Source: Camelus dromedarius | Lineage: Eukaryota | NCBI RefSeq assembly: GCF_036321535.1 | Contig: NC_087451.1 | Span: forward strand, 41,974,001-42,038,000 | Direction: 5' to 3' | Length of the DNA stretch: 64,000 bases | Shown here: in pieces, positions 47,655-59,800 of the stretch | How the letters are laid out: each line of letters starts with the position of its first letter | Position numbering within the stretch: the first letter of the stretch is position 1 | The notes under the pieces: generated by a model | Told to the model about the DNA's origin: nothing | The model's database searches: none | Seen by the model: only the letters and a program-made list of their open reading frames with translations | Position numbers and translations under genes: made by a program

Positions 47655-50600
47655 ATGGAGATGGAGAGCGCCGCGGCCTCCACACGTTTCCACCAGCCTC
47701 ACATGGAAAGGAAGATGAGTGCGATGACTTGTGAGATATTCAACGAGCTTAGGCTGGAGGGCAAGCTCTGTGACGTGGTCATCAAGGTCAATGGCTTTGA
47801 GTTCAATGCCCACAAGAACATCCTCTGTAGCTGCAGTTCCTACTTTAGGTATAACAGGGTTGCTGAACTAAGCCAATGGGGGAACTGGGCTCATTCTGAG
47901 CCCTTTTGATTCATTTTATGTTTCCTACACTGTTATCTTAAGCTTAGGGACAATGTCAAAGCCCTGGGCTCCTGTAGGCTGGCTCTTTTGTCTTCTGTAG
48001 AGGTACAGCCTGTGCCAAAGCTTCTCTCTCTCTGGTTTTCAACTGGATTTCAATCAACTATTGGTGGGCCGGGTGCTTTTTCTCTTTGACTTTCATATAA
48101 ACCAAACTTTGGGAAGGGTGGACACCTGTACTGGATTTCCTACTTAAACCTAGATGACAGTTCCACTTCAGCCACTCCTTAAGTCCCTGTCTGAGACTAT
48201 CTTAAACAGAGTGATAAATTAACAAGGATTGAGAGGATGGGAAGGGGGATGAGAGGAAAGAACAAAGGAAGTATTTATTAGAAGAAAAAGGGAGTTTGAG
48301 CCCAAATCATTGGAACCTAGGAAGTTAAGAGCTATTTTGTTCATGAGCTGAAAATGTTTGAGTACTCAGTTCCAATGAAGATATGATAAATGCATCCCAC
48401 CTGTTGCTAAAAATTCTCTTTCAACTATCCCTAGAGCACGGTATACAAAAAGAAAAAATGACTACTTTAAGCTTTGCAGGCCATATAGTCTCTGTTGCGA
48501 CAACTTCACTCTACCTTCGTAGTGGGAAGGCAGCCATGGACAATGCTAAATGAAAGGGCATGGCTGTGTGCCAATAAAATTACTTATGGACTCTGACATT
48601 TGAATTTATTGTAATTTCCAGGTGTCACAAAATCTTTTGATTTTTCCCTCCCTTTAAGAAATGTAAAAACCTTTCTTAGCTCATGGGCAGTATAAAAACG
48701 AGGTAGGCTGAATTTGGCCCAGGGGCTGTAAGTTTGCAGACCTCTTCTCTAGAGAATTTGGTCTCAGAGCCCATAATCCCTTAAACCTCCTAGAAAAAAT
48801 GAAGCAAAAAATATATTAGGCCAGGGACTGTCTCGTGTGACACCTAGAAAAGTACCTAGCTCCATAGCAGAGCCCAATAGGTAGCTGTGGGGCAAAGCCA
48901 GCAGGATTGGAACAAAGCGAGAAAGCCAGAAGGAATATGGTCAGAGAGGTATTCCTGGTCCAGATCTCAGAGGACTTTTGTAGTCCCTGGTAAGGACTTT
49001 GTATTTTACTCTGAGGAACGAGGGAAGTCAGTGGAAGGTTCTGAGTAGCCGAGGAGCATAAACTCATAAGGCTCACTCTGGTGGCTGGGAGAAGACTATA
49101 AACTCTGGAGGTGTCAAAGGCAGAAGCAGGGAGATCAGTTAGGAGGTGACACCCAGTAATCTAGGCAAGAGATGGTGGTGGCCTGCACCAAGAAGGTAGC
49201 AATATGAGGTGAGAAGTGATCAGGCTCTGGATGTGTGCTGACTGAATACACTTGTTTAAAAAGTGTATTTGCTCAAGTTTAATTTCCTTAAGCAAAGTAG
49301 CATTTGGTGGGCAATGGGCTGAGACAGATGAGACCTGGGTCTTACTCCAGCTGTGGGTTCCAATTTCTCCATCCAGAAAATGGGGAAAAGGCCTACTTAT
49401 CATGAAGATAGGAATAAAAATGACAAAAGTCAAAGTTCTTGGAAAGGTTCTCTTGCCCACTGTATAAAGCCAGCCCTCCCCCTCCCCTTCCTCACACCAG
49501 TTTATTTCCAGTGTATTCACTGTGTGCTATTTGGAAAATGGCCAAACTGTCTGCAACAAGAAAATGGGGGACAGCGTGGCAAACTGGAGAGAAATGTTTC
49601 AGTGACTGCTCACTTTTTTCTTTTTTCCAGAGCTTTGTTTACAAGTGGCTGGAACAACACTGAAAAGAAGGTATACAACATCCCTGGCATTTCCCCCGAC
49701 ATGATGAAGTTAATTATTGAATATGCGTACACCCGGACCGTCCCCATCACACCTGACAACGTGGAGAAGCTGCTGGCTGCTGCAGACCAATTTAACATCA
49801 TGGGTATTGTCAGGGGTTGCTGTGAGTTCCTCAAGTCGGAGCTGTGTTTGGATAATTGTATCGGCATCTGCAAGTTCACAGACTACTACTACTGCCCTGA
49901 GCTGAGGCAGAAGGCCTACATGTTCATACTGCACAACTTTGAGGAGATGGTGAAGGTCTCAGCAGAGTTTTTAGAGCTCTCAGTCACTGAACTTAAGGAT
50001 ATCATTGAGAAAGATGAGCTCAACGTCAAACAAGAAGATGCTGTATTTGAGGCCATTTTAAAATGGATTTCTCATGACCCCCAAAATAGGAAGCAGCATA
50101 TTTCAGTTTTGCTTCCCAAGGTCATTTAGTCATTTTTTTGTGGGACGCTTAATTGTTCACTTTTGATTCATTTATCCCAGAGGGATTGTCCCAAGAGCCA
50201 GACTCAGATGTTCTGACAGATTCCAGGGCTGTAGTTACACGTCCATACACTTAGATATGTACACATAGAGAAGGCGTCTCCTGCTATTCTCTGGAATTTT
50301 GCAATTTTCTTTGCCCCTGCATAGCTAGTTCCTTCTACCCTAGTTGTATTCTCTTTGACTAAAATTCTTCCTGGTAGTGGGGGAAGGAGAGGGCAGGCCT
50401 TCAAAGGAATTTTAGTCTTCCTTTTACCCTTCCCCTTCTGTGGGTTTCCCTAACTGAGACAGGGGTTGGACTAGAAACCAGACTATGAGTTTTGCACTCA
50501 ATTGTAGCCATTTGGTGCCAATTCATGTTATTTCGCATACAGAGACATAGGTATCCAACCTCTGAATGATGACCACAGCTTTTTCTGGTCTAATAATCCA

Positions 50601-52666
50601 GTCCAGTGGCCAAGGAATGGCCTAGCTCTGTGACCATTTGAGATAGCTTCTATTAGCTCATTCTCAGCATCCAAATGTATACCACCTCCAAAAAATAAAT
50701 ATTTCAACTGTGAGTTGTAAATTTACAAAAACAAAACAAAACATGACCCTACTGCAATTCAGAGGCAGACAGTAAAACTGTGGTCTTAAGGACATGGATT
50801 TTCCAGAACCCTCACCTCATCTGAATGACTTNNNNNNNNNNNNNNNNNNNNNNNNNNNNNNNNNNNNNNNNNNNNNNNNNNNNNNNNNNNNNNNNNNNNN
50901 NNNNNNNNNNNNNNNNNNNNNNNNNNNNNNNNNNNNNNNNNNNNNNNNNNNNNNNNNNNNNNNTATGACCTAAACATGAACGGACCTTCAAATTCTGACT
51001 TCACCAACCCACTCACCAGGCCCCGCCTGCCNNNNNNNNNNNNNNNNNNNNNNNNNNNNNNNNNNNNNNNNNNNNNNNNNNNNNNNNNNNNNNNNNNNNN
51101 NNNNNNNNNNNNNNNNNNNNNNNNNNNNNNNNNNNNNNNNNNNNNNNNNNNNNNNNNNNNNNNNNNNNNNNNNNNNNNNNNNNNNNNTTATATCATTGGG
51201 GGGTTCGATAGCGTAGACTATTTCAATAGTGTTAAGCGTTTTGACCCAGTCAAGAAAACTTGGCACCAGGTGGCCCCGATGCACTCCAGACGTTGCTATG
51301 TCAGCGTGACAGTCCTCAGNNNNNNNNNNNNNNNNNNNNNNNNNNNNNNNNNNNNNNNNNNNNNNNNNNNNNNNNNNNNNNNNNNNNNNNNNNNNNNNNN
51401 NNNNNNNNNNNNNNNNNNNNNNNNNNNNNNNNNNNNNNNNNNNNNNNNNNNNNNNNNNNATGGAAAGGTAAGATGCCGGATGGCAAGGGAAGCAGCTTTA
51501 GGGAATGTGAAAGCAAACAGGCCCAGAAATAATGGTTTTTAGGGGTGGATGGAAAACAGAAATGGCAGTATCTACTCTGTAATACTAACTCCTCCATCGA
51601 ATGACTAAGTGGCCCTTTGTAACTATCTTTTGTGATTCTTACTTATTTTTTGGTGGGGGGAGGTAATTAGGTTTACTTATTTATTTATAACAGAGGTACT
51701 GGGGATTGAACCCAGGACCTCGTGCATGCTGAGCACATACCCTACCAATGAGCTACACCCTCCCCGCTTTCTGTGATTTTACTTACTAAAAAGCAATGCT
51801 TGTACATGAGGAAAAAAGAAACTCAGATTGCAGACGCAACAGAAACGTCCCTCACCTTACTACCGCATTCATACCCTTTCTACTCCCCAGGAGTAAGTTT
51901 TAATAATCTTGGAACTCTCTTCACACAGGTCTACATATGTGGTGGGTTTAATGGAAATGAATGCCTGTTTACAGCAGAAGTGTACAACACTGAGAGTAAT
52001 CAGTGGACAGTCATAGCACCCATGAGAAGCAGGAGGAGTGGAATAGGCGTAATTGCTTATGGAGAACACGTATATGCAGTGAGTCTTTGTACAACAAAAA
52101 TAATAGCCCTAGATTTTCTATTAGCAAAGAAGTTTACAATTACCATTGGTAATAATTTGAAAGCTTTTCTCCCATGGAAGATAGTGGAAAAGGGAGGTAT
52201 GAAATCACTAGTTTCCCTGCCCCCCAAAGAGGGCATCCTCAGTGAACAGAAGTGATGGTTAACAGCCAGCCGTTTCCTCTGCTGTCCACAGGTAGGCGGC
52301 TTTGACGGAGCTAACCGACTTAGGAGTGCAGAAGCCTATAGCCCAGTGGCTAACACTTGGCGCACGATCCCCACTATGTTTAATCCTCGTAGCAATTTTG
52401 GCATCGAGGTGGTAGACGACCTCTTGTTTGTGGTGGGTGGCTTTAATGGCTTTACCACCACCTTTAACGTTGAGTGCTATGATGAAAAGACCGACGAGTG
52501 GTATGATGCTCATGACATGAGCATATACCGAAGTGCTCTAAGCTGCTGTGTGGTACCAGGGCTGGCCAACGTTGGGGAATACGCAGCTAGACGGNNNNNN
52601 NNNNNNNNNNNNNNNNNNNNNNNNNNNNNNNNNNNNNNNNNNNNNNNNNNNNNNNNNNNNNNNNNN
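47655..52666 (+). CDS. KLHL10: Kelch-like protein 10 (spermatid CUL3 adaptor), expected 608 aa; exons 47655..47848, 49631..50120, about 50850..51467, 51929..52078, 52292..about 52666 (exon 3 start and the stop codon lie in N-runs)
   Basis: MEMESAAASTRFHQPHMERKMSAMTCEIFNELRLEGKLCDVVIK (BTB), BACK region and kelch repeats (YIIGGFDSVDYFNSVKRFDP, VYICGGFNGNEC, VGGFDGANRLRSAEAY). Frame is preserved across the Ns. Confidence 0.96.
48430..48752. mobile_element. MER58B-like hAT element
   Basis: TTTGCAGGCCATATAGTCTCTGTTGC...GGCTGTGTGCCAATAAAA motif. Confidence 0.75.
48820..49260 (-). mobile_element. L2 fragment in KLHL10 intron 1
   Basis: GGTAAGGACTTTGTATTTTACTCTGAG...GGAGATCAGTTAGGAGG motif. Confidence 0.65.
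51640..51765 (-). mobile_element. Vic-1-type SINE
   Basis: Reverse SINE body in KLHL10 intron 3. Confidence 0.85.
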
Positions 52667-52869
52667 NNNNNNNNNNNNNNNNNNNNNNNNNNNNNNNNNN
52701 NNNNNNNNNNNNNNNNNNNNNNNNNNNNNNNNNNTTTAAACTTGTAAGAGTACTGGAAAATGTTCAACTTAAGGGAGCCAAGGGTTGGATGACTGAAGGG
52801 AGTGAGATGGGAGGAAGAAAGCAATTATATTCAATGATGCATAGTTTAAAAAGGAAAAATCACAGTGCA

Positions 52870-55800
52870 AATCAGTTCTAAAGAAATACATTTATTTAAA
52901 ACTTACATTGAGACGATTAGTAGCTTTAACACAGAACAAGACAGCTTTAGGAACATAAAGCAAGCTATTTTACAACGTAATGTCTCAAAGTGTCCTAAAT
53001 TCTACATCTCCTCTGACTTAAAGGGAGAGCATCAAGTTACACTTGTAGTAGAGTAGGGGCTCAATACTGCTAGTCCAGAAAACTGACTGTATGAACTTGA
53101 ACTAAATATTTATTTTACAAGTAACTCAATGAGCCATAGTACATGGATCATCAGATCTTCAACCATGTAGTGAGCACTACTTTTCACGAGTGCATTATGC
53201 AGGAGGATCGAGCTAACAAGTGCTCTATCATATGTGCTTCACTGTCAGATATTTGCAGTAATGGTCATAGAGAGTAAGACAAAAGTCCTACAAAGGTAAT
53301 CAACAAAGAGCAGTTATTTGGCTATCTGATTAAATTCCTTGAAGCAGAATGACTACTATATTACGTTACTGTTATTGTAGTACATCACTCGACTATGAGC
53401 TGTTTTATTTCCAATGACCAAAACATGTTATAATGTAAGCATTAAAACAAAAATAAAAATGGACTATTCTCAAGAAAGTAACAAACTGGAGTGATGAACT
53501 GTGCCAAAATGTTTAACAGCTAAGAAAGGAGAGTCTGAATTGTTTCTCAAATATTCTACAGTTGAATGGCAACCTATAAAACACCCCATTTTTCTAGTGT
53601 AGGCAGAGAACTTGCTTCACAATTCTACATATTTGGAAAAGACATGAAATGTGGCTGATATACCCTTTTTATTTAAGCTTAATTTGAGACAAGTACAAAA
53701 AACATCCTTTTGGTTATGCTTGATTGGGCCAAGTAACTAAAATGTATAATTTATCCTACCTGTCTACCTGGAGTATAGTGTAGTGTAGAATTATGAAGCA
53801 GAGAATGAAGTACTTAAACATACCACATGCTATGCTAGTCAAGAAATATAGAGGAAAAAAGTGTGCCCTAGAGACTGCCTTACCAACAGCCTGAAGAGTT
53901 TAACACACAAAAGCACACCAATCTTCCATAAACACTATCTTTCCAGCTTCAAACATAAAAAAAGATTTCAAAATATTTTTGGTCCCAGAAATACTATACA
54001 GATCCAAGCGATCAAGACGAAACCAGTATCAGTGAATTTTGAGATTTTTTTTTTAGCAGTACAGTTTAGAATTGGCACAGCAAAAGCAAAGTTGGGTATC
54101 AAGATACACAAGACCAATCATGCAAACAACTGCAAGTGAGATGTATCACTTAAACACTAAGCTCATGACTGACATTCTCAATATATACACTGATTTTTTT
54201 TTTAAACTGTCGTGGGGTAGGTATAGTTAAAGGATATCCATTCTAAGATATAAGCAGCCTCACTCAAAGTTATGTATAGTTATTACTTTTTGGTATAATC
54301 AATTCCTCTTTTCCTTCTACAAAACAAAAACAAAAGCAAAAAAAATAGGTTTCCTTGAATACACATTAAGCTGTCTTTTTAAAGCTATATTTTTAACTGT
54401 TCCAATTACCAAACACAATCTTTAAGTTTCCATCAGAAAGGAAATTTATTTCCCAGAGAGCCGTTTTAGGCTGGTCATCATAATCAGAACCTTTCCAAAT
54501 GCTCTGGGAANNNNNNNNNNNNNNNNNNNNNNNNNNNNNNNNNNNNNNNNNNNNNNNNNNNNNNNNNNNNNNNNNNNNNNNNNNNNNNNNNNNNNNNNNN
54601 NNNNNNNNNNNNNNNNNNNNNNNNNNNNNNNNNNNNNNNNNNTTCAAATATTGAAATTAGGAATTCAGTAGTCAGGAACCCTGCACACATCATCATGCAA
54701 GGAAGGACTTACCCTTTCTTTTCAGCCATGGCCTAGGCTGCCTGCTGAGTTAAAAAACAACAGTTTCAATCATGTTTTCAAAACCAGATTATACCTAAAT
54801 CTTACGAGTTATGACTTCTGCCACATCATGTGAAAAAAAGACAACCCTACAAATAACTTAGTAATGACTATCTCAGAAGACAACTCTGAGACAAAAAAAA
54901 AAAGTCAATCGAAAACCTTACAACACACCCTTCTGGAGAGAAACTGGCACCACAATGAGCGACTAAATTATTTCAGCACCACCAAGAAAGGAAGTTTGCT
55001 AGTGTAGTCTTTCAGAGAGAACTGAGAACTTCATTCAATGAACTTTTCTGTCTTACTTGCATAGACCTCTCACAACTAAGAATTAGCACTTCTCAAAAGC
55101 TAATGGCTTTTATTAAAATAACTACAAATACATGGAAATTAAGAAAACGGTAGATGTAGCATAGGACAATATATCCTCATACAGAAGTAGACTTGCCCAA
55201 CCCTATCCTGGCCTAAATTAAAATGGTTTGAAAGCAGATTTCCAACACATTTATTGAAAAACTTTGTCCTAGGCAGGGACACCAATTTAGCAATTTCAGA
55301 TAAGTTCTTAGTATAGATTCCAAGGGCTAAACATTAATAGCCTAATAGCATACTGAGCACCAGAACTCCTGGTTGTGCCTTTTCCTTTTGATGTTTGATC
55401 CAACTTATAAGATTAACTACAATGGACTAGGGAAAAAACAAAACAAAACCATTGCACTTGGAATTCAACTTCTAGAATTGTATTCCAGAGTGCCTAAGAA
55501 GGTAGACATTCTGAAAGAAACAAGAGAAGTATACTGGACCCAAACCGTCAGAGCAGGAGTCTGTTATGTTAAGTGAGTGCTAAAAGTCAACCCAAGTGCT
55601 AATTTGCACAAAGCTTGGGAGCAGGTAAGGGGAGCAGAAGAATGCATAAAAATAAATAAAAGATAACCATAGTGATAAATTTTTAAGAGCCATAATTATG
55701 CACCCAAATGTGGTATTCTAGACTCACGCAAAGTTCCAATGAAAGTCTAGGGCAACTGGATAAAACATAATAATCTGGGCTGAGAAATAATAAGGCTTCT

Positions 55801-56811
55801 CTTTAGCAACATTTCTCTAAATTGTTACTTTCTTCCCATTTTGAAAAAAGTTTTAGAAAGGAATGATGAGGATTCCATACAATATGCATTAGAGCAAAAT
55901 TTAAAACTGAAGGCATTGAGTGTCGATTGTCACAGGCATTATTTACACTAACTTATCCTCAAATAAGCTCGCAACTCCTGAAAAAGTGTCTTTAAATTGT
56001 TCAATGCCTTTGATTTCTTATTCTCGACTAATAATACTTTTCTTCCTAGAAAAACAAATTCCACAGGTATAACTTCCTCTGTATTCAATCCATCAACTAA
56101 AGATCAATACTTTTGCCAACCACCATTATCTCAGAGTGATGGCTTGAAGTATTTTATAACACAGTTGCTAAAGAAATTAAAAACACTCAAAAAATGCATG
56201 ACCCAATCACAAATTTCTCATCAATCATCTCTTCAAGAAATAACAAAATAGCATCTCTAGATAAATAAAACAAACTATCAATGCAAACATTCTGAAACCA
56301 TCTTGCTGAAATATTGTGCTTTTTTCCCTTCAAATTTCAATCTCACTATTGCACACACCTCCTGCAGATGAGGGCTTAATGCATAAATTCTGATCTTGTC
56401 AAAACTAACCATTCAGGAAAAAATGAAGATTATCAAAATAAAATGTGCAAATAAAACTGGTGCTTAAAGCATGTTCAAAACATAAATCCCTAAGACAAAG
56501 GAGTTATAAACTGTTGGCAGAAAAACAGCCAAGTAACTACACCTGGTTTTTCAACTTCTCTTTAATAAGATCTTATTTAGCTAGCACATACACACAAACC
56601 AAAGACGGATCAAGACTGCAAACCAACAACAATTACCACATATTGAATTGATTTTCCCATTCTTCAGTTTTTAAAGAGACTTCCTTTATACGGGGTGATA
56701 ATCGGTTCATGTAGAAAATAAGTTATCGACGTAATTTTTCATGTAACAGTCTGGGTATCTTCAGCCTCATGAAACAGGTATAACTGTTTTAAGCTGCATG
56801 TATTAGAGAAC
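52870..56811 (-). other. Probable long KLHL11 3' UTR (about 3.9 kb)
   Basis: AT-rich and nearly free of recognisable repeats; minus-strand AATAAA at 52891-52896. Confidence 0.55.
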
Positions 56812-59800
56812 CTAGCATTCTATCTGAGAGCTTGGCACTCGCCGCATGTTTAGGGCATGCCGATGTATTTCCTGCATCTGTCTGATCCGGTCCTTCTGCC
56901 ACATTAAGTTTTGAGGCATAGGGTATCTCTGAGTGCCATGCAAGTACCGGTATGGGATTCTCACGTGGCAAGCAGTGGCTCTACAACGAGGCTGTGGCAT
57001 GGGAGGAAGAAGCATCCACCTCTTTCTCTCAGCACAGTATCGGTAGGCTTCTTTCCGATACTGTTTGTCAATATCATCACTGTTTTTCCAGCCCCCAATA
57101 ATGAAAACATCATCTTTGTAATAGCAAATGGCTGCTCCTTCGATGCTTAGGACTTCTGGAGGTAAGCTTTCAAGGATCTCATCGGAAACTTGGCTGGCAA
57201 TTTTTCTTACTGCCTCTTCATTTTCTATCGAATAACTCTTGGGACAGCATGAGGCTGTCTGGTAAAAGTTTGAANNNNNNNNNNNNNNNNNNNNNNNNNN
57301 NNNNNNNNNNNNNNNNNNNNNNNNNNNNNNNNNNNNNNNNNNNNNNNNNNNNNNNNNNNNNNNNNNNNNNNNNNNNNNNNNNNNNNNNNNNNNNNNNNNN
57401 NNNNNNNNNNNNNNGGCAGCAATGTACACAAACCGGTCTTCAATAGCTAGNNNNNNNNNNNNNNNNNNNNNNNNNNNNNNNNNNNNNNNNNNNNNNNNNN
57501 NNNNNNNNNNNNNNNNNNNNNNNNNNNNNNNNNNNNNNNNNNNNNNNNNNNNNNNNNNNNNNNNNNNNNNNNNNNNNNNNNNTTTGACTTCTGTCAGCCC
57601 AAAAGAATGCTTCCTTGTCATCAGACTACAAACATGTTCCCACGTATTCAAATTTGGGTTATATCTTTCCACAGTTTTAGCAAATCCTGGTTCCATTGAC
57701 CCAGCAACATACACATAGGATTCTGTTACTGCAACAGCATGTCCATCAAGGTGATTATGAATATGGGGTAGGTTTACCCATCTGTCCTCATCGACAAAAT
57801 ATCCCACACATTCACTTAAATAGTCTCCTCCTTCTGACACGCCTCCTATAACCATGATCACATCCATGTTCTGCCCATAGCGAGGTAACAAAGAAACATG
57901 AGAAGCAGGATGCTGGAACGTGCCAGACTGTATATTCTCAGCTCTCAGAGCATGCCTCTCCACTGCATCGGCCACTAACTTGACACAAACTTCATTATTG
58001 GCCACCAGCCTCTCTGGTTTGACATGACGAGTAAGGTAAGTAGGTTTCATCTGGGACAATCGGAGCAATTTAAAAAGTTCTTCAAAGTATCTCTCTCTCT
58101 CTTCAGCATTTCTCTGAACCCACTTTAAAACTGTTTCAAACAGAACCTCTTCAGAGTCAACCGTAATCTCCAAGTCTGACAGCCAGTCTCGAATGAGGTG
58201 GAAAGGTAAAGTATAAAATTCCTCATCCTGAATTACTTTGTGGAAATTTCTCCGTATCATATCTGCAGCTTTCAGAGCAAGTTGGCTCAGGGTATACATG
58301 TGAGCTAAGCTATGGATGGCCACACAATTAGAGAGATGAAGTTTTTTCTTGAGAAATTCTCCACAAAATTCTTTTAAACGAATTAATAGGAACCTAAAAT
58401 CAAGAAAAAGAAAAGGGATTAATTTTCAGATGTGCATATTTTATGTGGTTACATGCTGAGAGTATCTGAATTATACAGATGGAAATGGTAATAAGCTTCA
58501 TCTCACGTCATGTACACCACCTGAAAAAAAAGTGTGAATCCAAGTTAAAAAGGATTGTGCTGAAAAGTATGTTTAAAAGCATATATAAAATCATCTTTAT
58601 ATATTTTAATTATACATTTTATATATTTTAATTATTTCCATTATACAGTCTATATGTAATTATATGTTAAACTAAATACATACAATACATACAAAATGGA
58701 GTTTTTAGTTACATAAGGCTTTTCAGAATATATCCTTTAACAAAGTACAGTAGTCCCATATTTTATTTCCACTTTAATTTACCCTTGGCAAAGGCAAATC
58801 TCAATCCAAACTTCTCTCTGCCATCCTGCCCTAATCCCTTGCCAGCAACCAGCCTCTTCTTCAATCAGGCTGGTCTCAGTGAAAAGACTTTTTAAAGCAT
58901 CAATACATGGTATAGGAACTATGACTCCTGGGAGGCTGTTTGATCAGATCTCAAAGGGAATGGCAGTGCAGGCTTTGTGTCAGAGGTTTTAATCTTCTCT
59001 TCCCGAAAACTTTCTCCCAGAGTAGCCCAGAGCTGGGGGCAGGCGTAGTGCTCAGGGGCTTTGACCTAAACTGGGTTCTTCTCATTGAAGCAGGGTGGCA
59101 AGGCTAAGTCAAACATCTGAAGAAGCCAGGAAATAAAATAACAACAGAAAACATGTGTAGGATGGTCCATGTTAAAAAAGAAAGTGGTTTGCCATGTAGC
59201 TGACTAGAAATTGCCTGCCCACATATAGTTAATCTGGCAGAATTCAGCCCTTGAGGGTGACCAATTTGAGACCATTGCTTTAAAGAGAGTTTAAGTCCCC
59301 AGAACTGAGAACATTAAACAATGTAAGAATGATTTCATCAGTCCAGTCTCCTCTCACTACAGTAAACATTTGCTATTATGATTACTGTGCTTACTATGAC
59401 AAAAGGGTGAATTTCAAGGCTGGCTCCCTTCACTCTCTTCAGGGAACATACCATCTCAGACAAAGACAAGATAGAGTGAAAGCTCTGGCAGCTCTTGAAC
59501 ACGTCTGGGTGCTGGGTCACTCATTCTTGGGCTGCCCCACCCCCTCCTCGGAGCTCCTATTTTGGGCAGGAACTACAGGTAACCCAACACATATTCTCTT
59601 GAACAGGTGTTTGGAAACATTTCTCTGAAAATAATAGCTATCGTATACTAGGCATGTGCCATGTGACAGGCATCATTGCTGGGCACTTTCTATTATTTCT
59701 TTAGTGCCCTGCTAGGTGGGCATGATCAACAGATAGAGGATATGGCGGGAGGTGGGGCAGTAGGTAGGGAGAGGAATCCTGCCTTGGAGCTGATGGGTGA

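Noticed and set aside
52666-53460. Overlapping convergent 3' ends of KLHL10 and KLHL11
   Set aside because: The KLHL10 poly(A) signal may be hidden in the N-run at 52595-52734, so overlap cannot be shown.
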